Below are positions 57,481 through 64,000 of a DNA stretch of 64,000 bases, one piece after another. How positions within the stretch are numbered: the first letter of the stretch is position 1; every line of letters begins with the position of its first letter. The notes under the pieces were generated by a model that saw nothing but the letters and a program-made list of their open reading frames with translations, was not told the DNA's origin and did no database searches. The position numbers were made by a program, and so were the translations under genes. The DNA is from Paragordius varius (lineage: Eukaryota > Animalia > Nematomorpha), in the NCBI GenBank assembly GCA_964247055.1, contig OZ176050.1:1488001-1552000 (forward strand), in the 5' to 3' direction.

Positions 57481-59001
57481 CGATTTTTACAACGATACTT
57501 TAAAAATTAATGTATAAAACTAGTCGCATCAATACTCAAGTTAATCTTTGTCCTTAAAAATCGGATATTGGTCACCGGTGAACAAAATTATTTTTTATAC
57601 ATTCTCTTAGTAAGACTACATTAAAATATAGAAATAGTTTGACAAACTTTTTCATATCCGATTTTTACAACGATACTTTAAAAATTATGGTATTAAACCA
57701 GTCGTATCAATACTCAAGTTAAACTTTGTCCTTAAAAATCGGATATTGGTCACCGGTGAACAAAATTATTTTATATACATTCTCTTAGTAAGACTACATC
57801 AAAATATAGAGATAGTTTGACAAACTCTTTCATATCCGATTTTTACAACGATACTTTAAAAATTAATGTATTAAACTAATCGCATCAATAATCAAGCTAA
57901 ACATTGTCCTTAAAAATCGGATATTGGTCACCGGTGAACAAACTATTTTTAATACATTCTCTTAGTAAGACTACATCAAAATATAGAGATAGTTTGACAA
58001 ACTCTTTCACATCCGATTTTTACAACGATACTTTAAAAATTAATGTATAAAACTAGTCGTATCAATAAATCGCATCAATACTCAAGTTAAACTTTGTCCT
58101 TAAAAATCGGATATTGGTCACCGGTGAACAAAATTATTTTTTATACATTCTCTTAGTAGGACTATACCAAAATATAGAGATAGTTTGGCAAACTCTTTCA
58201 TATCCAATTTTTACAACGATACTTTAAAAATTAATGTAAAAAACTAGTCGCATCAATACTCAAGTTAAACTTTGTCCTTAAAAATCGGATATTTGTCAGC
58301 GGTGAACAAAATTATTTTTTATACATTCGCTTAGTAAGACTACATCAAAATATAGAAATAGTTTGACAAACTCTTTCATATCCAATTTTTACAACGATAA
58401 TAAAAAATTAATGTATTAAACTAGTCGCATCAATACTCAAGTTAAACTTTGTCCTTAAAAATCGGATATTGGTCACCGGTGAACAAAATTATTTTTTATA
58501 CATTCTCTTAGCAAGACTACATTAAAATATAGAGATAGTTTGGCAAACTCTTTCATATCCGATTTTTACAACGATACTTTAAAAATTATGGTATTAAACC
58601 AGGCGCATTAATACTCAAGTTAAACTTTGTCCTTAAAAATCGGATATTGGTCACCGGTGAACAAAACTATTTTTTATACATTTTCTTAGTAAGACTACAT
58701 CAAAATATAGAGATAGTTTGACAAACTCTTTCATATCCGATTTTTACAACGATATTTAAAAATTAATGTATAAAACTAGTCGTATCAATAAATCGCATCA
58801 ATACTCAAGTTAAACTTTGTCCTTAAAAATCGGATAATGGTCACCGGTGAACAAAATTATTTTTTATACATTCTCTTAGTAGGGCTACATCAAAATATAG
58901 AGATAGTTTGGCAAACTTTTTCATAATCGATTTTTACAACGATACTTTAAAAATTAATGTATAAAACTAGTCGCATCAATACTCAAGTTAAACTTTGTCC
59001 A

Positions 59002-62000
59002 TAAAAATCGGATATTGGTCACCGGTGAACAAAATTATTTTATATACATTCTAGTAAGACTACATCAAAATATAGAGATAGTTTGACAAACTCTTTCATA
59101 TCCGATTTTTACAACGATACTTTAAAAATTAATGTATTAAACTAGTCGCATCAATACTCAAGCTAAACATTGTCCTTAAAAATCGGATATTGGTCACCGG
59201 TGAACAAACTATTTTTAATACATTCTCTTAGTAAGACTACATCAAAATATAGAGATAGTTTGACAAACTCTTTCACATCCGATTTTTACAACGATACTTT
59301 AAAAATTAATGTATAAAACTAGTCGTATCAATAAATCGCATCAATACTCAAGTTAAACTTTGTCCTTAAAAATCGGATATTGGTCACCGGTGAACAAAAT
59401 TATTTTTTATACATTCTCTTAGTAGGACTACATCAAAATATAGAGATAGTTTGGCAAACTCTTTCATATCCAATTTTTACAACGATACTTTAAAAATTAA
59501 TGTAAAAAACTAGTCGCATCAATACTCAAGTTAAACTTTGTCCTTAAAAATCGGATATTGGTCATCGGTGAACAAAATTATTTTTTATACATTCGCTTAG
59601 TAAGACTACATCAAAATATAGAAATAGTTTGACAAACTCTTTCATATCCGATTTTTACAACGATAATAAAAAATTAATGTATTAAACTAGTCGCATCAAT
59701 ACTCAAGTTAAACTTTGTCCTTAAAAATCGGATATTGGTCACCGGTGAACAAAATTATTTTTTATACATTCTCTTAGCAAGACTACATTAAAATATAGAG
59801 ATAGTTTGGCAAACTCTTTCATATCCGATTTTTACAACGATACTTTAAAAATTATGGTATTAAACCAGGCGCATTAATACTCAAGTTAAACTTTGTCCTT
59901 GAAAATCGGATAATGGTCACCGGTGAACAAAATTATTTTTTATACATTCTCTTAGTAGGGCTAAATCAAAATATAGAGATAGTTTGGCAAACTCTTTCAT
60001 ATCCGATTTTTACAACGATACTTTAAAAATTATGGTATTAAACCAGTCGCATCAATACTCAAGTTAAACTTTGTCCTTAAAAATCGGATATTGGTCACCG
60101 GTGAACAAAACTATTACATTCTCTTAGTAAGACTACATCAAAATATAGAGATAGTTTGACAAACTCTTTCATATCCGATTTTTACAACGATACTTTAAAA
60201 ATTAATGTATTAAACTAGTCGCATCAATACTCAAGCTAAACATTGTCCTTAAAAATCGGATATTGGTCACCGGTGAACAAACTATTTTTAATACATTCTC
60301 TTAGTAAGACTACATCAAAATATAGAGATAGTTTTACAAACTCTTTCACATCCGATTTTTACAACGATACTTTAAAAATTAATGTATAAAACTAGTCGTA
60401 TCAATAAATCGCATCAATACTCAAGTTAAACTTTGTCCTTAAAAATCGGATATTGGTCACCGGTGAACAAAATTATTTTTTATACATTCTCTTAGTAGGA
60501 CTACATCAAAATATAGAGATAGTTTGGCAAACTCTTTCATATCCAATTTTTACAACGATACTTTAAAAATTAATGTAAAAAACTAGTCGCATCAATACTC
60601 AAGTTAAACTTTGTCCTTAAAAATCGGATATTGGTCACCGGTGAACAAAATTATTTTTTTTACATTCGCTTAGTAAGACTACATCAAAATATAGAAATAG
60701 TTTGACAAACTCTTTCATATCCGATTTTTACAACGATAATAAAAAATTAATGTATTAAACTAGTCGCATCAATACTCAAGTTTAACTTTGTCCTTAAAAA
60801 TCGGATATTGGTCACCGGTGAACAAAATTATTTTTTTTACATTCTCTTAGCAAGACTATATTAAAATATAGAGATTGTTTGGCAAACTCTTTCATATCCG
60901 ATTTTTACAACGATACTTTAAAAATTATGGTATTAAACCAGGCGCATCAATACTCAAGTTAAACTTTGTCCTTAAAAATCGGATATTGGTCACCGGTGAA
61001 CAAAACTATTTTTTATACATTCTCTTAGTAAGACTACATCAAAATATAGAAATAGTTTGACAAATTCTTTTATATCCGATTTTTACAACGATACTTTAAA
61101 AATTAATGTATTAAACTAGTCGCATCAATACTCAAGGTAAACTTTGTCCTTAAAAATCGGATATTGGTCACCGGTGAACAAAATTATTTTATATACATTC
61201 TCTTAGCAAGACTACATCAAAATATAGAGATAGTTTGACAAATTCTTTCATATCCGATTTTTACAACGATACTTTAAAAATTAATGTATTAAACTAGTCG
61301 CATCAATACTCAAGTTAAACTTTGTCCTTAAAAATCGGATATTGGTCACTGGTGAACAAAAATATTTTTTATACATTCTCTTAGCAAGACTACATCAAAA
61401 TATAGAGATGGTGTGGCAAACTCTTTCATATCCGATTTTTACAACGATACTTTAAAAATTATGGTATTAAACCAGGCGCATCAATACTCAAGTTAAACTT
61501 TGTCCTTAAAAATCGGATATTGGTCACCGGTGAACAAAACTATTTTTTATACATTCTCTTAGTAAGACTACATCAAAATATAGAGATAGTTTGACAAACT
61601 CTTTCATATCCGATTTTCACAACGATATTTAAGAATTAATGTATAAAACTAGTCGTATCAATAAATCGCATCAATACTCAAGTTAAACTTTGTCCTTAAA
61701 AATCGGATAATGGTCACCGGTGAACAAAATTATTTTTTATACATTCTCTTAGTAAGACTACATCAAAATATAGAGATAGTTTGGCAAACTCTTTCATATC
61801 CGATTTTTACAACGATACTTTAAAAATTATGGTATTAAACCAGGCGCATCAATACTCAAGTTAAACTTTGTCCTTAAAAATCGGATATTGGTCACCGGTG
61901 AACAAAACTATTTTTTATACATTCTCTTAGTAAGACTACATCAAAATATAGAAATAGTTTGACAAATTCTTTTATATCCGATTTTTACAACGATACTTTA

Positions 62001-64000
62001 AAAATTAATGTATTAAACTAGTCGCATCAATACTCAAGGTAAACTTTGTCCTTAAAAATCGGATATTGGTCACCGGTGAACAAAATTATTTTTTTTACAT
62101 TCTCTTAGCAAGACTATATTAAAATATAGAGATTGTTTGGCAAACTCTTTCATATCCGATTTTTACAACGATACTTTAAAAATTATGGTATTAAACCAGG
62201 CGCATCAATACTCAAGTTAAACTTTGTCCTTAAAAATCGGATATTGGTCACCGGTGAACAAAACTATTTTTTATACATTCTCTTAGTAAGACTACATCAA
62301 AATATAGAAATAGTTTGACAAATTCTTTTATATCCGATTTTTACAACGATACTTTAAAAATTAATGTATTAAACTAGTCGCATCAATACTCAAGGTAAAC
62401 TTTGTCCTTAAAAATCGGATATTGGTCACCGGTGAACAAAATTATTTTATATACATTCTAGTAAGACTACATCAAAATATAGAGATAGTTTGACAAACTC
62501 TTTCATATCCGATTTTTACAACGATACTTTAAAAATTAATGTATTAAACTAGTCGCATCAATACTCAAGCTAAACATTGTCCTTAAAAATCGGATATTGG
62601 TCACCGGTGAACAAACTATTTTTAATACATTCTCTTAGTAAGACTACATCAAAATATAGAGATAGTTTGACAAACTCTTTCACATCCGATTTTTACAACG
62701 ATACTTTAAAAATTAATGTATAAAACTAGTCGTATCAATAAATCGCATCAATACTCAAGTTAAACTTTGTCCTTAAAAATCGGATATTGGTCACCGGTGA
62801 ACAAAATTATTTTTTATACATTCTCTTAGTAGGACTACATCAAAATATAGAGATAGTTTGGCAAACTCTTTCATATCCAATTTTTACAACGATACTTTAA
62901 AAATTAATGTAAAAAACTAGTCGCATCAATACTCAAGTTAAACTTTGTCCTTAAAAATCGGATATTGGTCATCGGTGAACAAAATTATTTTTTATACATT
63001 CGCTTAGTAAGACTACATCAAAATATAGAAATAGTTTGACAAACTCTTTCATATCCGATTTTTACAACGATAATAAAAAATTAATGTATTAAACTAGTCG
63101 CATCAATACTCAAGTTAAACTTTGTCCTTAAAAATCGGATATTGGTCACCGGTGAACAAAATTATTTTTTATACATTCTCTTAGCAAGACTACATTAAAA
63201 TATAGAGATAGTTTGGCAAACTCTTTCATATCCGATTTTTACAACGATACTTTAAAAATTATGGTATTAAACCAGGCGCATTAATACTCAAGTTAAACTT
63301 TGTCCTTGAAAATCGGATAATGGTCACCGGTGAACAAAATTATTTTTTATACATTCTCTTAGTAGGGCTAAATCAAAATATAGAGATAGTTTGGCAAACT
63401 CTTTCATATCCGATTTTTACAACGATACTTTAAAAATTATGGTATTAAACCAGTCGCATCAATACTCAAGTTAAACTTTGTCCTTAAAAATCGGATATTG
63501 GTCACCGGTGAACAAAACTATTACATTCTCTTAGTAAGACTACATCAAAATATAGAGATAGTTTGACAAACTCTTTCATATCCGATTTTTACAACGATAC
63601 TTTAAAAATTAATGTATTAAACTAGTCGCATCAATACTCAAGCTAAACATTGTCCTTAAAAATCGGATATTGGTCACCGGTGAACAAACTATTTTTAATA
63701 CATTCTCTTAGTAAGACTACATCAAAATATAGAGATAGTTTGACAAACTCTTTCACATCCGATTTTTACAACGATACTTTAAAAATTAATGTATAAAACT
63801 AGTCGTATCAATAAATCGCATCAATACTCAAGTTAAACTTTGTCCTTAAAAATCGGATATTGGTCACCGGTGAACAAAATTATTTTTTATACATTCTCTT
63901 AGTAGGACTACATCAAAATATAGAGATAGTTTGGCAAACTCTTTCATATCCAATTTTTACAACGATACTTTAAAAATTAATGTAAAAAACTAGTCGCATC
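59002..64000 (+). repeat. 19-mer offset duplication (3407 bp), second copy runs off the window end
   Basis: CATTCTAGTAAG is near 59051/62458, CCTTGAAAAT near 59901/63308, CTATTACATT at 60111/63518 and GTAAAAAAC at 59502/62909 and 60575/63982. Confidence 0.88.
60820..62450 (+). repeat. About 2-monomer block duplicated at 7-mer offset (1258 bp); source of the two identical 61-aa ORFs
   Basis: GAGATTGTTTGG gives the ORF starts at 60875/62133. CAAGGTAAAC and AATTCTTTTATA repeat at the same offset. Confidence 0.85.

Larger units (their letters stand above)
1..64000 (+). repeat. AT-rich tandem satellite DNA array, 178-bp basic monomer, roughly 350 copies, single orientation
   Basis: TACAACGATA recurs at 171, 349, 527 and so on to the window end with a 178-bp period (191 bp when the 13-bp insert is present). 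I saw no non-satellite sequence anywhere. Nucleosome-scale AT-rich monomers are typical of eukaryotic centromeric or heterochromatic satellites, but location and function are inferred. Confidence 0.99.

Noticed and set aside
60875-61060. 61-aa ORF MFGKLFHIRF...QNIEIV
   Set aside because: It starts at TTG created by an A-to-T change in the consensus TAG (GAGATAGTTT to GAGATTGTTT), has no in-frame ATG, spans one satellite monomer and ends at the recurrent GTT-TGA. The frame is open only because TATGG/CCAG monomers lack stops, and 178 is not a multiple of 3. I recognise no protein family.
62133-62318. Identical second 61-aa ORF
   Set aside because: It is a copy of the first, produced by the 1258-bp (7-monomer) duplication, so it is not independent evidence of coding.
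1-64000. CRISPR array
   Set aside because: The palindromic core might suggest a direct repeat, but the sequence between cores is repeated rather than unique, the period is 178 bp, and there is no leader or cas gene.
1-64000. Identity with Arabidopsis CEN178, primate alpha satellite or other satellites I remember
   Set aside because: The length matches CEN178, but the sequence does not resemble it as I recall it (no AAGCTT-type start, lower GC). I recognise no named family; a database search is needed.
1-64000. CENP-B box
   Set aside because: I saw no TTCG....A..CGGG motif on either strand of the consensus.
1-64000. 5S rDNA, tRNA or snRNA tandem array, rDNA spacer subrepeats, telomeric repeat
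   Set aside because: I saw no recognisable RNA gene sequence, no convincing Pol III A/B/C boxes and no telomeric short repeat, and GC content is too low for these RNA genes.
1-64000. Strand inversion or transposon insertion inside the array
   Set aside because: ATATCCGATTTTTA looks like an inverted copy but is the fixed intra-monomer inverted repeat. Every line reads as the + orientation monomer, and I found no foreign segment.

Overview
The whole 64-kb window is one uninterrupted head-to-tail tandem satellite array of roughly 350 monomers, all in the same orientation. I found no gene, RNA gene, CRISPR array, inversion or inserted transposon. The basic monomer is 178 bp and about 27-28% GC (49 G+C counted in my hand-made consensus): TACAACGATACTTTAAAAATTAATGTATAAAACTAGTCGCATCAATACTCAAGTTAAACTTTGTCCTTAAAAATCGGATATTGGTCACCGGTGAACAAAATTATTTTTTATACATTCTCTTAGTAAGACTACATCAAAATATAGAGATAGTTTGACAAACTCTTTCATATCCGATTTT. 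A common 191-bp variant carries a 13-bp internal duplication, and rarer 152-190 bp indel variants occur. Diagnostic variants show nested higher-order repeats with many unit sizes (2, 4, 6, 7, 10, 11, 17, 19, 21, 23 and 32 monomers), long-range block duplications (offsets 5831, 7627 and 11073 bp), four variant domains, and one ancestral monomer order shared by both ends of the window. Each monomer has a 14-bp inverted repeat, an 18-bp near-palindrome, an 11-bp inverted repeat and a 13-bp palindrome. Part of this layout resembles a Helentron/DINE-1-type non-autonomous element end, which is a speculative reading. The two 61-aa ORFs are satellite artefacts. This looks like eukaryotic (peri)centromeric or heterochromatic satellite DNA, but I cannot identify the organism or family. 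I do not see a new protein-coding system; the interest lies in array architecture and origin. Offsets were counted by hand from marker variants, and block edges are approximate (tens of bp).
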